64,000 bases of DNA from Minisyncoccia bacterium (GTDB lineage: Bacteria > Patescibacteriota > Minisyncoccia > Phycocordibacterales > PALSA-1337). A program made the translations under genes and the position numbers. Shown in pieces: positions 31,135 to 43,389 of the stretch. Numbering within the stretch: position 1 is the stretch's first letter; every line of letters begins with the position of its first letter. The stretch is taken from NCBI GenBank assembly GCA_049997795.1, contig JBEKVT010000002.1, forward strand, positions 129,664 through 193,663, written 5' to 3'. The notes below the pieces were generated by a model. The model was not told the DNA's origin. It saw only the letters and a list, made by a program, of their open reading frames with translations, and ran no database searches.

Positions 31135-31809
31135 TCACGCGGAAACGGCGCGGCTGTTCGTGATATTCAGGGCCGGCCTTATCAGGCTGTCGAACCCGGG
31201 AATCTCGTTTCCACGGAGAATAGAAGATACACGACTGTTGTTCCGTACCTTGTGCAGGGCGTGAAGCTCTATCTGCCTCGCCCTTTCCCTGGTGCAGCGG
31301 ATCTCATGAGCGACCTCATCGAGAATGAATCCTTTAAGGTAACGCATCTCGAGGACTTTCCACTCTCTCGGGGTCAAGATCTCTCTGATAGCGGCTATGA
31401 CGTCTTCGCAGTTCAGGCCGGAACCGGCTTCCGGCAGCATGAAGACCTGTACATTCGAAGACGGCTCGATCTTCAAGGTCTCCATGTCCCTGTCCACGAA
31501 GAAATCGAACGACTTCGCCCTTTCCATCACTCTGTCGTTGAAGACCTCGCCGGGGAACAGCTCATCGAACGACTTTCCGGTGAGTATGAGGAGTTTGGCC
31601 TTGAGCCGTTCGAGCCTTGCCTGCCCTCCTTTTTGGTTCCTGAAAGCGGGGGGTTTCATCCTCAAATTGATGATCCTCCCAAGATGACCTTCGTCTATTC
31701 CCAGGAATTCGGCGGCTTGTCTTATGGTCCAGCCGCGCCTTTTGATGGCTTGATACAAGTCCCCGTGTTTATGACGGATGACCACTGCGACCTTGAATTT
31801 TTTGCTCAT
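31135..31809 (-). CDS. Sigma-70 region-4-like HTH protein (no region 2); putative transcription regulator
   Basis: The C-terminus 'REWKVLEMRYL...LDEVAHEIRCTRERARQIELHALHKVR' is sigma region 4. There is an additional N-terminal HTH 'WTIRQAAEFLGIDEGHLGRII'. Confidence 0.5.
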   Translation of the reverse strand: MSKKFKVAVVIRHKHGDLYQAIKRRGWTIRQAAEFLGIDEGHLGRIINLRMKPPAFRNQKGGQARLERLKAKLLILTGKSFDELFPGEVFNDRVMERAKSFDFFVDRDMETLKIEPSSNVQVFMLPEAGSGLNCEDVIAAIREILTPREWKVLEMRYLKGFILDEVAHEIRCTRERARQIELHALHKVRNNSRVSSILRGNEIPGFDSLIRPALNITNSRAVSA

Positions 31810-31896
31810 CGGTAATCGGTTTTGGAGGTTGAAGGTTTGGTTTGCAAAAAGGTTCTGAAAAAATTATACACAAATATTTGACTCTGTCAAGATAAG

Positions 31897-33693
31897 TTGC
31901 CGGCGGCCTCGAAAGAAGATATCATTATTTCCACCAACATGGCCGCCTCGATCGAGCACATCCGCCACTCCCTCGCCCACCTCCTGGCGGCGGCGGTCTT
32001 GGAGATGTACCCGGGGGCGAAGAACACCATCGGCCCGGCCATAGACAACGGCTTCTACTACGACTTCGAATTCCCCAAGGGCAAGGCGCCGTCGGACAAG
32101 GACCTGCCGAAGATAGAGAAGAAGATGAAGGAGATCCTCCCGACCTGGAAGGGCTTCACCGGCAAGGAAGTCTCGGCAAAGGAGGCCCGGGCCGCCTTCA
32201 AGGGCAACCCGTACAAGCTCGAGCTCATCAAGGACCTCGTCGCCGACAAGGAAAAGATCACTCTCTACACCGCCGGCTCATTCACCGACCTCTGCCGCGG
32301 CGGCCACGCCGAGAATCCGGGGAAGGATATCGCTCCCGACTCATTCAAGCTCGCGCGCCTGGCCGGTGCCTATTGGCGCGGCGACGAGAAGAACGCCATG
32401 CTCACCAGGATCTACGGCCTGGCTTTCGGCTCCAAGAAAGAGCTCGAGGACTACGAGGCCATGATGAAAGAGGCAGAGAAGCGGGACCACCGCAAGCTCG
32501 GCAAGGAGATGGACATCTTCGAGTTCGACGATGACGTCGGCCCCGGTCTTCCCCTCTGGCTCCCGAACGGCGGCGCCATGATCGAGGAATTGGAGAAGTT
32601 GGCCAAAGAGACCGAATTCAAGGCCGGCTATGTCCGGGTGCGCACCCCGCACATCGCCAAAGAATCCATGTACTTGAAGAGCGGCCATCTGCCCTATTAC
32701 GAAGAGACCATGTTCCCACCCATGGAATACGAAGGCGGCAAGTACTACCTGAAGGCCATGAATTGCCCGCACCACCACAAGATCTACGCTTCGCGCAAGC
32801 GGAGCTGGCGGGATCTGCCCCTGCGCCTCGCAGAATACGGCACGAACTACCGGCACGAGAAGTCGGGCGAGCTCTTCGGCCTGATGAGGGTTCGCATGCT
32901 TTCGATGAACGACGCCCATATATATTGCTCGGAAGAGCAGTTCGCCGACGAATTCAGGGCCGTCAACGATATGTATCTCCAATACTTCAAGATCTTCGGC
33001 CTCGGCAGATACGTCATGCGCTTTTCCACTCATGACCCCGAGCAGCTCGGCAAAAAATACGTCGGCGAGCCGGAACTGTGGAAGAAGACCGAGGACATGG
33101 TCCGCAAGGTCCTGGTGGATTCGAAGATCCCGTTCGTGGAAGCGCCGAACGAGGCCGCCTTCTACGGTCCGAAGATAGACGTCCAGGTCTGGAGCGCCAT
33201 CGGCCGGGAATTCACTCTGGCGACTAATCAAGTGGACTTCGCCGTGCCGCGCCGCTTCGGCCTCACCTACACCGACAAGGACGGCAAGGAGAAGACCCCG
33301 CTCTGCATCCACCGCGCGCCACTCGGCACACACGAGCGCTTCATCGGCTTCCTGATCGAGCATTACGGCGGCAACTTCCCTCTCTGGCTCGCGCCCGTCC
33401 AGGTCAAAGTCGTCCCGGTGGCCGAGGCCCATTTCGACGCCGCCAAGAAAGTCCATGAATCTCTGCGCGCCGCCATGATTCGCTCGGAGATAGACTTGTC
33501 GAACGACTCGTTCGGCAAGAAGATCCGGAACGCCAAGACCGCTCGCGTCCCTTATTTCATCGTGATCGGCGAGAAGGACATCCAAGCCGGCAAGGCCACC
33601 TTGGAGAGCCGCGACAAGGGCCAGATCGGGCAGATGCCGCTTCAGGAGATATTGAAAAGGTTCGAGGAAGAGATAAAAGAAAGGCGCGGCTGA
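31897..33693 (+). CDS. thrS: Threonine--tRNA ligase (short form lacking the N-terminal TGS domain)
   Basis: 'HIRHSLAHLLAAAV' (editing-domain Zn ligands), class II core and anticodon-binding domain. The track start at 31897 is TTG; an alternative ATG lies at 31939. Confidence 0.9.
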   Translation: MPAASKEDIIISTNMAASIEHIRHSLAHLLAAAVLEMYPGAKNTIGPAIDNGFYYDFEFPKGKAPSDKDLPKIEKKMKEILPTWKGFTGKEVSAKEARAAFKGNPYKLELIKDLVADKEKITLYTAGSFTDLCRGGHAENPGKDIAPDSFKLARLAGAYWRGDEKNAMLTRIYGLAFGSKKELEDYEAMMKEAEKRDHRKLGKEMDIFEFDDDVGPGLPLWLPNGGAMIEELEKLAKETEFKAGYVRVRTPHIAKESMYLKSGHLPYYEETMFPPMEYEGGKYYLKAMNCPHHHKIYASRKRSWRDLPLRLAEYGTNYRHEKSGELFGLMRVRMLSMNDAHIYCSEEQFADEFRAVNDMYLQYFKIFGLGRYVMRFSTHDPEQLGKKYVGEPELWKKTEDMVRKVLVDSKIPFVEAPNEAAFYGPKIDVQVWSAIGREFTLATNQVDFAVPRRFGLTYTDKDGKEKTPLCIHRAPLGTHERFIGFLIEHYGGNFPLWLAPVQVKVVPVAEAHFDAAKKVHESLRAAMIRSEIDLSNDSFGKKIRNAKTARVPYFIVIGEKDIQAGKATLESRDKGQIGQMPLQEILKRFEEEIKERRG

Positions 33694-33727
33694 AACGCAC
33701 AAGCCGCGCATAACATAAAATGTTTCA

Positions 33728-33762
33728 GGCCCTTCGCATCGGATGCGAAAGGCCTGGGTTTG
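33728..33762 (+). terminator. Hairpin terminator downstream of thrS
   Basis: 'CAGGCCCTTCGCATCggATGCGAAAGGCCTG' followed by a G/T-rich run. Confidence 0.45.
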
Positions 33763-33769
33763 GGTTAAA

Positions 33770-34111
33770 TCACGCTGCGCATCGGGCGCGGACTTGGGCG
33801 ATACCCCGGAGCGTTTGCTCGCGGTCAGGGATATCCTCGCTTATCCACGCGCCGAACTGTTGCAGGCTCGAGATCATCTTCTTGGGATCGCCAGGTTCTC
33901 CGACGCACACCGGGATGAACTGCTTGCGTCTCAGGCTTTCCGAGAGGAATCTCATCGCTCCTGCCAAGGAGGCCTTGACTTGGACGGCGCCGATTTCCGG
34001 CACCATCACGTCTTTGCCTCCGTCATTGAGTCCGCCGACTACTTGTCCGCCAAGGAGGCGGGCATAAGCGGTCTCGAACTCATCGCCGACGAATTTGGTC
34101 GTCGTTCTCAT
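33770..34111 (-). CDS. Hypothetical protein
   Basis: The ORF has no recognisable motifs. The start is uncertain (MRTTTKF... at 34111 or the upstream Met at 34144). Confidence 0.3.
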   Translation of the reverse strand: MRTTTKFVGDEFETAYARLLGGQVVGGLNDGGKDVMVPEIGAVQVKASLAGAMRFLSESLRRKQFIPVCVGEPGDPKKMISSLQQFGAWISEDIPDREQTLRGIAQVRARCAA

Positions 34112-34496
34112 GGGAGTTGTGTAACTGACAAGGTTCTGGAACAAAGGTTAGTCTGTCGTCTTACCGTCAGAAGAGGTGGAGTCCTTTCGAGAGTTCCCGA
34201 AGGATCCCCGCCCTCGCGCGATCCCATGTTTCCTTGTGCTCTGAAGCCATAAGGAAATGGATCGCCATGCGTGCCAGACTGCTATGGATCACTGCGCACG
34301 CCAGGAAAATTTCAAGCTTCTGTTTCATGGGATGATAAAGTGTTGTTTCCGTGATCTTTCTACTACATATTATAGCATATCAGTATACATAATGTCAAGT
34401 ATCATTGCGCAATATTAAGACACGAAAAGCCCTTGATATTCAAGGGTTTCCTGGTTCAGTCCAAGGACATATCGAAAATAATGGTGCCCGGGAAGT

Positions 34497-34760
34497 TCAT
34501 TCGCCGGGCACTGGTTCGCGCTTCGCCTCGTCGGAAGATCGGGACATCATTCCCGCCTTCATCCCTCTCGCCTTTATTCTCCTCGCCAGAGTAAGGATGG
34601 TCTCGCGGGTATAGCCGAGTTCTCTCGAGATCACGACCATCCCGGCCGTTGCTTCCGACTCTTCTTTGGTAAAAGAGCCTCTGCCCTCCCTCTCTCTCGC
34701 CTGGAGGACTTTCGCCAGTTCCGCGTAGCGCAGCACCTTCTCTCTTTCGAGGTCGTTCAT
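34497..34760 (-). CDS. Small hypothetical protein followed by terminator hairpins
   Basis: 87-aa ORF. Downstream on the minus strand lie 'CCCTTGAATATCAAGGG'+CTTTT and 'GTGCCCGG...CCGGGCAC'. Confidence 0.3.
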   Translation of the reverse strand: MNDLEREKVLRYAELAKVLQAREREGRGSFTKEESEATAGMVVISRELGYTRETILTLARRIKARGMKAGMMSRSSDEAKREPVPGE

Positions 34761-34890
34761 TTTGTTGACCTCCTTTCTTTCCGCCGGTCCAAATCTATCA
34801 CAGCCGACCGACGGGAGTCAAATCTCCGCAAAAACGAAAGGACTCCCTCTAGGGAGCCCTTTCGCCGTTTTTCCTTAAGGCTTATAAGCT

Positions 34891-36192
34891 TCAGATCTTC
34901 GGCCGATTGAAGAGGAGATACATGACCGTGGAGAAGAGAACCAGGATGACCATGACCGCTATCCAGCCCCAAGGCACATTGCCGAGAGAGAAGGCCGCGG
35001 CCGCGGGCAAGGCGTTCCCTTGCGTCTGTTGCTGGACCGCCGGTTGCTGTTGGACAGGGGCAGCAGTGCCACCGCCAGCGCCTCTTACAGTGACCGTGTT
35101 GGAGCAGGCCTTGGTGCCCGTCTTGCCGTCGGCCGAAGTGACCGCTACGATAGCGCTCTTGGCGCCGGAAGAAGCGTAGTACTTGATGGCCGAGCTCTGA
35201 GTGCCGGAAAGGCCGTCGGAGCCGGTCCAGGAATAGGTGTAGGGAGCGAGACCGCCGGAAACTTCAACAGACCAGGTGATCGGCTGATTCACGGCCGCAG
35301 TCGACGGGTCGGCGTAACAACCGATGTCGAGACCGCTCGCGTTGGACGAGCCGACCACAACCGTGGTGGCGCCGGCCGGGATCCCCACGTTCACGAAGCT
35401 ATTGCAGGGCTCGGTGATGGTCTGGCCGTTGGAATAGACCGTGACCGAGGCGTACTTCGAGCCTGGCTGGCCATAGGTGTAGTAGATCGACTGGCCAGAG
35501 CCGGATATGCCGTCGGTGCCGGACCAGCTGTAGTTGTAGTAGCCGTTGCCGCCGGTCGCCGAGGCGCTCCAGGTGACGGCCGTGCCGAGGGGCGTGTAGG
35601 TCGTGTTGGCCTGGCAGGAAGCGGAGAGCGACGGATAGTAGGTGCCGTACGGCTGGTTGTAATAGTACGCATTGCCGTAGACGCTGACCGAACCGCTGCA
35701 ATTGACCGTGATAGTCTGGCCGTTGGAATAGACCGTGACCGAGGCAGTCTTGACGCCCGAGTTGTAATAGGACATCGAGATCGACTGGCCGGAGCCGGAA
35801 AGGCCGTCAGTGCCGGACCAGCTGTAGCTGTAAGAGCCGCTGCCGCCGGAAGCGGAAGCCGCCCATTGGATCGCCGTACCGGTAGGCACGGACGCTCCCG
35901 CGTTCACGGCATAGCAGGAAGCGGTGAGCGGATAGTACGACTGATACTGCGTGTAGTAGGTCGGGTAATTATAGCTGACCGCGGGCTCAGACTCGCATTG
36001 CCAGTAGCCGCTCGAGGTGAGCATCACTGGATAGGTGCCCGCGGGACAGTTGTAATTGCTGCCATACCAGTCCGCCTTGGCATAAGAAGGAAAGGCTCCG
36101 ACGGATACGGCGAGGACGAGCGTAAGCAACGCCAGTCCAATCGACACACCGATCTTGTTATTGTATAGGTTTTTCATAAATGGCTTAACCAA
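34891..36192 (-). CDS. Secreted protein with three ~90-aa tandem repeats and a C-terminal TM anchor
   Basis: Signal peptide. Three copies of 'G..I.W.AS..GG.G.Y.YSWSGTDG(L/I)SGSGQSI...SVTVYSNGQTIT..C'. A C-terminal hydrophobic helix. Confidence 0.6.
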   Translation of the reverse strand: MVKPFMKNLYNNKIGVSIGLALLTLVLAVSVGAFPSYAKADWYGSNYNCPAGTYPVMLTSSGYWQCESEPAVSYNYPTYYTQYQSYYPLTASCYAVNAGASVPTGTAIQWAASASGGSGSYSYSWSGTDGLSGSGQSISMSYYNSGVKTASVTVYSNGQTITVNCSGSVSVYGNAYYYNQPYGTYYPSLSASCQANTTYTPLGTAVTWSASATGGNGYYNYSWSGTDGISGSGQSIYYTYGQPGSKYASVTVYSNGQTITEPCNSFVNVGIPAGATTVVVGSSNASGLDIGCYADPSTAAVNQPITWSVEVSGGLAPYTYSWTGSDGLSGTQSSAIKYYASSGAKSAIVAVTSADGKTGTKACSNTVTVRGAGGGTAAPVQQQPAVQQQTQGNALPAAAAFSLGNVPWGWIAVMVILVLFSTVMYLLFNRPKI

Positions 36193-36268
36193 GCGTTATA
36201 TCATGGCTCGGTTGGTTTAAAGTGATAACGTAATGTATTGTATACTAAAACGCAATAAAAGTCAAGGG

Positions 36269-36342
36269 GGTGCCGAGGACCAGGATCGAACTGGTGACCC
36301 TTCCCTCTTCAGGGGAATGCTCTACCAACTGAGCTACCTCGG
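36269..36342 (-). tRNA. tRNA-Phe (anticodon GAA)
   Basis: The reverse complement folds as GCCGAGG-TA-GCTC..GAGC-TTCCC-CTGAAGA-GGGAA..CCAGT-TTCGATC-CTGGT-CCTCGGC-A. Confidence 0.8.
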
Positions 36343-36379
36343 CGTTGATTCGTATTTTCAAACCTAATGGCGACTGATA

Positions 36380-36628
36380 TCACATTCCCAGCGAGTGTTG
36401 GATGCCTGGTAACCCGCCGACCTTATCCAACAGAGCCGAGAGGGTCATCAAATAAGGCTGAACGTAATAATAGGCACCGAACGAAACGACGATGATGACG
36501 ATCCAGTAGAGGACATGCAAGATGGAGGTGAACCGGTTAGAACGGCGGATGCCGCGGAGGATCTTATTGTTCTCCTCCGAGAGCTGGCAAGCCCGCTCTA
36601 GCATCGATCTCTCTTCCGGGGTCATCAC
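36380..36628 (-). CDS. Small membrane protein (hypothetical)
   Basis: 82 aa. One TM 'ILHVLYWIVIIVVSFGAYYY'. Confidence 0.35.
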   Translation of the reverse strand: MMTPEERSMLERACQLSEENNKILRGIRRSNRFTSILHVLYWIVIIVVSFGAYYYVQPYLMTLSALLDKVGGLPGIQHSLGM

Positions 36629-36693
36629 GGTAAATCCTAGCAGAAAAGCGGAAATGCCGCAAAACGCTTCATGTGCTATATTCCTAGTGCGGC

Positions 36694-36765
36694 GCCCCCG
36701 TAGTTCAACGGATAGAACAACTCCGTCCTAAGGAGTGGATGTAGGTTCAATTCCTGCCGGGGGTA
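36694..36765 (+). tRNA. tRNA-Arg (anticodon CCT)
   Basis: Acceptor GCCCCCG/CGGGGGT (G1:U72 wobble). D-arm GTTC-AACGGATA-GAAC. Anticodon stem ACTCC/GGAGT with loop GTCCTAA. T-arm GTAGG-TTCAATT-CCTGC. Confidence 0.65.
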
Positions 36766-37706
36766 CTCTTAAGAGCTTCGACGATCGGACCTATCTTCCC
36801 TTTCATAATCTCGGGAAGATTGTGCCACGATTCATTGATGCGGTGGTCGGTGACGCGGTCCTGCGGGAAGTTATAGGTGCGGATCTTCTCGGAGCGATCG
36901 CCGGTGCCGATCTGGCCTTTGCGTTCGGCGGCGAACTTCTTCATGTCCTCTTCGGCCTTAAGAGCTTCGAGCTTGGCCGTGAGGACGACGAAGGCCCGCT
37001 CCTTGTTGGCATTCTGGCTGCGCTCGGCGCTCGAACGGATCATGATGCCGCTCGGCTTGTGGAAGAGGCGGACGGCCGTCTCGACCTTGTTGACGTTCTG
37101 GCCGCCCTTGCCGCCGGAGCGCGTGAACTCGACCGTGATGTCTGCGGGGTCGATGACGATCTTGGATTTCTTGCGGATAGGCATGATGGCCACCGAGGCG
37201 GTCGAGGTGTGGACACGACCTGATTTCTCCGTCTCCGGCACGCGCTGGACGCGGTGGACGCCGGTCTCGAAGCGCAGATCGTCGTAAGCGCCATTGCCTT
37301 TTATCTCCATCGAGGCCTCCTTATAGCCGCCCAGGTCGTTCTTCGATTCGTCTATGACCTTCGCCATCCAGCCCTTGGCTTCGGCGTATTTCTTGTACAT
37401 GTTCAAAAGCTCGGCCGCGAAGAGAGCGGCTTCGTCGCCGCCGGCGCCAGCCCTGACTTCAAGGATCATCTCGACCGGGCTCTCTTCCTCTTCTTCGCCT
37501 TTATCGGCCGAGACGATAGCGGCCATCTGGGCTTCCAGGGCCTTCTTCTGCTCTAGGATGGACGCGAGGTCGTGCTCCGCCATCTCTTTAAGCGACGGAT
37601 CCTTCTCCATCATCGCTCTGGTCTCCGCCTCATCTTTATCCAGTTTCTCGTATAGGCCGGCGATAAAAGACGTCTTGGGATTCGCTTTGAAAGCTTTCAG
37701 ATCCAT
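36747..37706 (-). CDS. prfA: Peptide chain release factor 1
   Basis: The 628-aa track ORF 36747..38633 was trimmed to '[11 protein letters not shown]...'. GGQ motif '[15 protein letters not shown]'. 'RVQRVPETE' motif. Its ATG overlaps the rpmE stop (TAATG). Confidence 0.9.
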   Translation of the reverse strand: MDLKAFKANPKTSFIAGLYEKLDKDEAETRAMMEKDPSLKEMAEHDLASILEQKKALEAQMAAIVSADKGEEEEESPVEMILEVRAGAGGDEAALFAAELLNMYKKYAEAKGWMAKVIDESKNDLGGYKEASMEIKGNGAYDDLRFETGVHRVQRVPETEKSGRVHTSTASVAIMPIRKKSKIVIDPADITVEFTRSGGKGGQNVNKVETAVRLFHKPSGIMIRSSAERSQNANKERAFVVLTAKLEALKAEEDMKKFAAERKGQIGTGDRSEKIRTYNFPQDRVTDHRINESWHNLPEIMKGKIGPIVEALKSTPGRN

Positions 37707-37981
37707 TATTTCTTGGCCTGCCTGCCGGTAGGCACGGCCTTGGCCTGGCGGGTCTTGAATTTCTCCACCCGGCCGGCGGTATCCACGATCTTCTCCTGGT
37801 TGGTGTAGAACGGGTGCGAGGCGCTCGAGATCTCGACGCGGTGCAGCGGGTATTCCTTGCCGTCGGTCCATTTGGCGGTCTCTTTGGCCTCGATGGTGGA
37901 CGAGATGAGGAACCTCGCTTGGCTCGAATTGTCGGCGAAGATGACTGGACGGTAATTCTTGGGATGGATGTCTTTTTTCAT
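37706..37981 (-). CDS. rpmE: 50S ribosomal protein L31
   Basis: '[15 protein letters not shown]...HPFYT'. Confidence 0.85.
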   Translation of the reverse strand: MKKDIHPKNYRPVIFADNSSQARFLISSTIEAKETAKWTDGKEYPLHRVEISSASHPFYTNQEKIVDTAGRVEKFKTRQAKAVPTGRQAKK

Positions 37982-38036
37982 AGCTCCGATAATTTAGCAC
38001 GGAAATCCGTGGAACACAAGGAAAATCCCTGTTATA

Positions 38037-39217
38037 ATGGCTCTCATCATGAACAACCATCCGGCTCCGAGAAGCCACATGGTCTATACCATCGCCGTCA
38101 TCGGCTTCATCTACACCCTGAACCTGGTGATCCCGATGTACTCCAACTCGAGCTTCTTGTCGCTCTTCGCCGACGAGCAGACGCTGGGCTTCATCTATAT
38201 GGCGGGAGCGGCGGTCTCCGTCCTGGGCCTCCTCCTCGCGCCGGCCGTGATAAGGAGGCTCGGTAATTACACGACGGCACTCTGGCTCGTGATCATCCAG
38301 ATCGCCCTTTTCTGGGGCCTGGTCGGGGCCTCTTCGCCGAGCCTGTTGGCTTTCATCTTCATCCTGCAAACGGCCGTGGCGACGGTGATCGGCCTTTCGC
38401 TCGACATCTTCCTGGAAGTCTATACCGGCGGCCAGTCCGTCGGGGCCGTGCGCGGCTTGTACAACGCCACCTTGAACGCCTCGTGGGTGGTGGCTCCGCT
38501 CATCGGTTCGATGCTCATAAACGGCACAGGCAGCTTCCGGAACACCTACGTGGCCGGCCTGGCCATGCTCTTCCCGCTCGCCTACCTCATATACCGAAAT
38601 TTCCCGCGCTTCAAGGACCCGAACTACATGCACTTGTCTCCCTGGCAGCTATGGAAGCATGTCTCCGCGAACGTAAGCTGGGTCAGGCTGTTCTTCGCCA
38701 GCGTCATCCTGCAAGTCTTCTACGCCTGGATGACGGTCTACAGCCCGCTCTACCTCAATAAGACCATGGGCTTCGGCTGGGAGGAGATCGGCATCATCCT
38801 GGTCGTCATGCTCTTGCCGTTCCCCCTCATCCAATATCCCCTCGGCAAGCTGTCCGACAAGAGGTACGGCGAGAAGAAGATCATGGCCACGGGCTTCGGC
38901 TTGATGGGGCTTTCGACCATGGTCCTCGCTTTCATAACCGCGCATAGCGTCCTCGTCTGGGCCGCCGCTCTCTTCGTGACCAGGATCGGCGCGGCGGCGG
39001 CGGAAGTGATGATGGAGTCATACTTTTTCAAGACCGTCTCGCCGCGCGACTCGGCTGCTCTCGGCATGTTCCGGATAACCAGGCCGATCTCTTACTTCAT
39101 CGCTCCGCTCGTGACCGGCTTCGGGCTCCTGTTCGTCCCGAACGCCTATCTCTTCACGGTGATAGGCGCCATCTCGCTCCTAGCCCTGTGGCCGGCGCTG
39201 ACGATCAGGGATACGAA

Positions 39218-39221
<4 letters not shown>
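38037..39221 (+). CDS. MFS transporter
   Basis: About 12 predicted TM helices. 394 aa. Confidence 0.8.
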
Positions 39222-41281
<2,060 letters not shown>

Positions 41282-41309
41282 ATGTCCGTCTTTTCCGAGC
41301 AAAAAGAAA

Positions 41310-41340
41310 ATCCCCGTTCGGGGAGTTTTCTTTTTGCGAC
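41310..41340 (+). terminator. Rho-independent terminator after eno
   Basis: 'TCCCCGttCGGGGA' followed by GTTTTCTTTTTG. Confidence 0.6.
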
Positions 41341-41631
41341 TCCCGAACCATGACCTAGGCCCGCGAAGGAGTCTGCGGAGCCGGCGGCGGGACCGGAGGA
41401 ACCGGAGAGGCCGGAGGCGGCACGGGCGGAACTGGCGGCTTGGCCATAATGATAAAGGCGGGTTGATTAGCTCCCGCACGCGTCGAAGTATACACCTGAA
41501 TCAAGCTGTGCCAAGGTTAGCTAATCGAATTGACGGCTTGTCAATAATGACGACAGGATAATGGCCCAAATAAGCCATTTAAGGACACGGCACCGGCCGA
41601 CAGAATATTAGGAAATGCACCTCCGAAACCT

Positions 41632-43002
41632 TCAAGAATGAGACAGGGGAGCCTCCCGGATCTTCCCCGCCAGGAGCGTCCCCGCGTATCGGACCAGGAG
41701 GATCGAGGCCGTGGCGCAAAAGATCCCGAGCGACCAGCCGGCGATGACGTCGGAAGCCCAGTGGACGTTCAAAACCAGGCGTGACAGGCCGATCGCGATC
41801 GTGAGGAGCACGCAGCCGGTCATCAGGAGCTCGCGCTTGATCCAGGAACGGACGCGGAACGACAGCAAGTACGCCACGACGACGAAAAAGGCGGCGGCGA
41901 AGGCCGCGTGGCCAGACGGGAAGCTCGGGTCGGAGATAAGGGAGGCGTGATCGAAGAAGATCCCCAAGCCGGCCGGAGGGGCCGGGATGAGCCCGACGAG
42001 GCCGTCCGGCCGGACCCTAAGGACCAGATCTTTCAGCCAGCCGACGGAGAGGGCCGTCGAGCCGACCGAAAGGAGCATGATGGCGGCCGAGCGCCAGCGC
42101 TTCCGATAAGCCATGATCATGCCGCCGATAACGGTCAGGATGCCTACCGTCGTCACGCCGCCCACGGCGCTCACCCAGGCGGCCGTCTCGGCGATGCGCG
42201 GTCCGGCGGCGCTTCCGGCCATGGAGACCGACAGAGCGCTCGCCCAGAGATCGAAACCGGCCAGATACGGCGGGCTGGTGAAGACGTCGCCTATCGTCCA
42301 GGCCAGGAAGCAAAGCGACAGCAGATTGAGCCCGAGGGCGAATAATTCGTAGCGCCGGAAGATGTGGAAGCGGATATTAACGAAGCGGTAGCTCCAGACG
42401 ATCAGGACGGAAGCGATGGCTGCCATCACCAAGAACCGGCCCCAGGCGACGGTCGCGGCTACCGCACTGTAGCCGAGACCCAGGCAATAGCCCAAAGCGA
42501 CGGAAAGGACGACCCAAAGGACGGCGCCCAAGCCGTTATAGAACCAGAATGACTTGTAGGGGGCCCGGTTGGCGCCGACGAGGAACGGCATGATGCCCCT
42601 CGTGACCGGATTGAACCTGCCGATCACCAAGGCCTTGCCGGTGTGAGCGTCGAGCAGGCGCTTGGCCTTCTCTAGGTGCGCGTCTTTTATGAAGAAATAC
42701 TTCCTCAGGCGGTCGATGAGCGGCCAGCCGTATCTCCTACCGAGGAGAAAGCTCGCATAATCGCCTGCCACGGCGCCGGTGATGCCTATCAAGAGGACGG
42801 GGACGGCGCCGAATACTCCGACTGAGACCAGGAAGCCGGCGGCCACGATAGTCACGTGGCCGGGAACGAGGATGCCGATGAGAGGTATGCCCTCGAGGAG
42901 CATTATGAAGAAGAGCGACGCATAACCGCCGCCTATTGCGACGGCGGTCAGGACCTTGGAAAGAGAGGATAGAAATCGCAGATAAGCCATGGAATAAGGC
43001 AC
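41632..43002 (-). CDS. DedA/SNARE-associated domain fused to a PAP2 (phosphatidic acid phosphatase type 2) domain; membrane protein
   Basis: N-terminal DedA-like region ('GRFNPVTRGIMPFLVGA'). C-terminal PAP2 motifs 'PSGHA' and 'SR...H..D'. Confidence 0.7.
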   Translation of the reverse strand: MPYSMAYLRFLSSLSKVLTAVAIGGGYASLFFIMLLEGIPLIGILVPGHVTIVAAGFLVSVGVFGAVPVLLIGITGAVAGDYASFLLGRRYGWPLIDRLRKYFFIKDAHLEKAKRLLDAHTGKALVIGRFNPVTRGIMPFLVGANRAPYKSFWFYNGLGAVLWVVLSVALGYCLGLGYSAVAATVAWGRFLVMAAIASVLIVWSYRFVNIRFHIFRRYELFALGLNLLSLCFLAWTIGDVFTSPPYLAGFDLWASALSVSMAGSAAGPRIAETAAWVSAVGGVTTVGILTVIGGMIMAYRKRWRSAAIMLLSVGSTALSVGWLKDLVLRVRPDGLVGLIPAPPAGLGIFFDHASLISDPSFPSGHAAFAAAFFVVVAYLLSFRVRSWIKRELLMTGCVLLTIAIGLSRLVLNVHWASDVIAGWSLGIFCATASILLVRYAGTLLAGKIREAPLSHS

Positions 43003-43109
43003 ATTATAACATGATTGCGGCGTAAAACCGACCGGTGTGATACAATATCAGTCTAATAAAGAGGTTGATCGAATTAAAAATACTAAGACATAGTCATTAT
43101 CATCGATTT

Positions 43110-43346
43110 ATGAAAGAAGTCACCATTTATTCCACGCCGACCTGCGTCTACTGCAACATGGCCAAGAGCTTTTTCAAGGCCAACGGACTGGATTACAAGG
43201 ATTTCAACGTGGCCACCGACTTGGAAAAGCGCAAGGAGATGATAGACAAGACCGGCCAGATGGGCGTGCCGGTCATAGATATCGGAGGGCAGATCGTCGT
43301 CGGCTTCGACGAGCAGAAGCTCCGGGCCGCGCTAGGGATCAAGTAA
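43110..43346 (+). CDS. Glutaredoxin-like protein
   Basis: Start trimmed to 'MKEVTIYSTPTCVYC' (CxxC) from the track ORF 43065..43346. 'GVPVIDIGG'. Confidence 0.7.
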   Translation: MKEVTIYSTPTCVYCNMAKSFFKANGLDYKDFNVATDLEKRKEMIDKTGQMGVPVIDIGGQIVVGFDEQKLRAALGIK

Positions 43347-43389
43347 GGGGAAAGTCAGGCGGAGAGGGAGCATATCGACAGCACATAAC

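Noticed and set aside
33770-34500. Small unlisted minus-strand ORF (~55 aa, 'MKQKLEIFLACAVIH...') and hairpins in the thrS-downstream gap, as a possible toxin-antitoxin or sRNA.
   Set aside because: It is too short, and it has no motifs and no partner gene. Only terminator-like hairpins are evident.
36747-38633. 628-aa minus-strand ORF covering prfA, rpmE and the start of the MFS gene region.
   Set aside because: It is a read-through artefact. Only the C-terminal 319 aa match RF1, and the upstream in-frame part has no similarity. rpmE (L31) is a separate ORF whose stop overlaps the prfA ATG (TAATG). The ORF was split into prfA 36747..37706 and rpmE 37706..37981.
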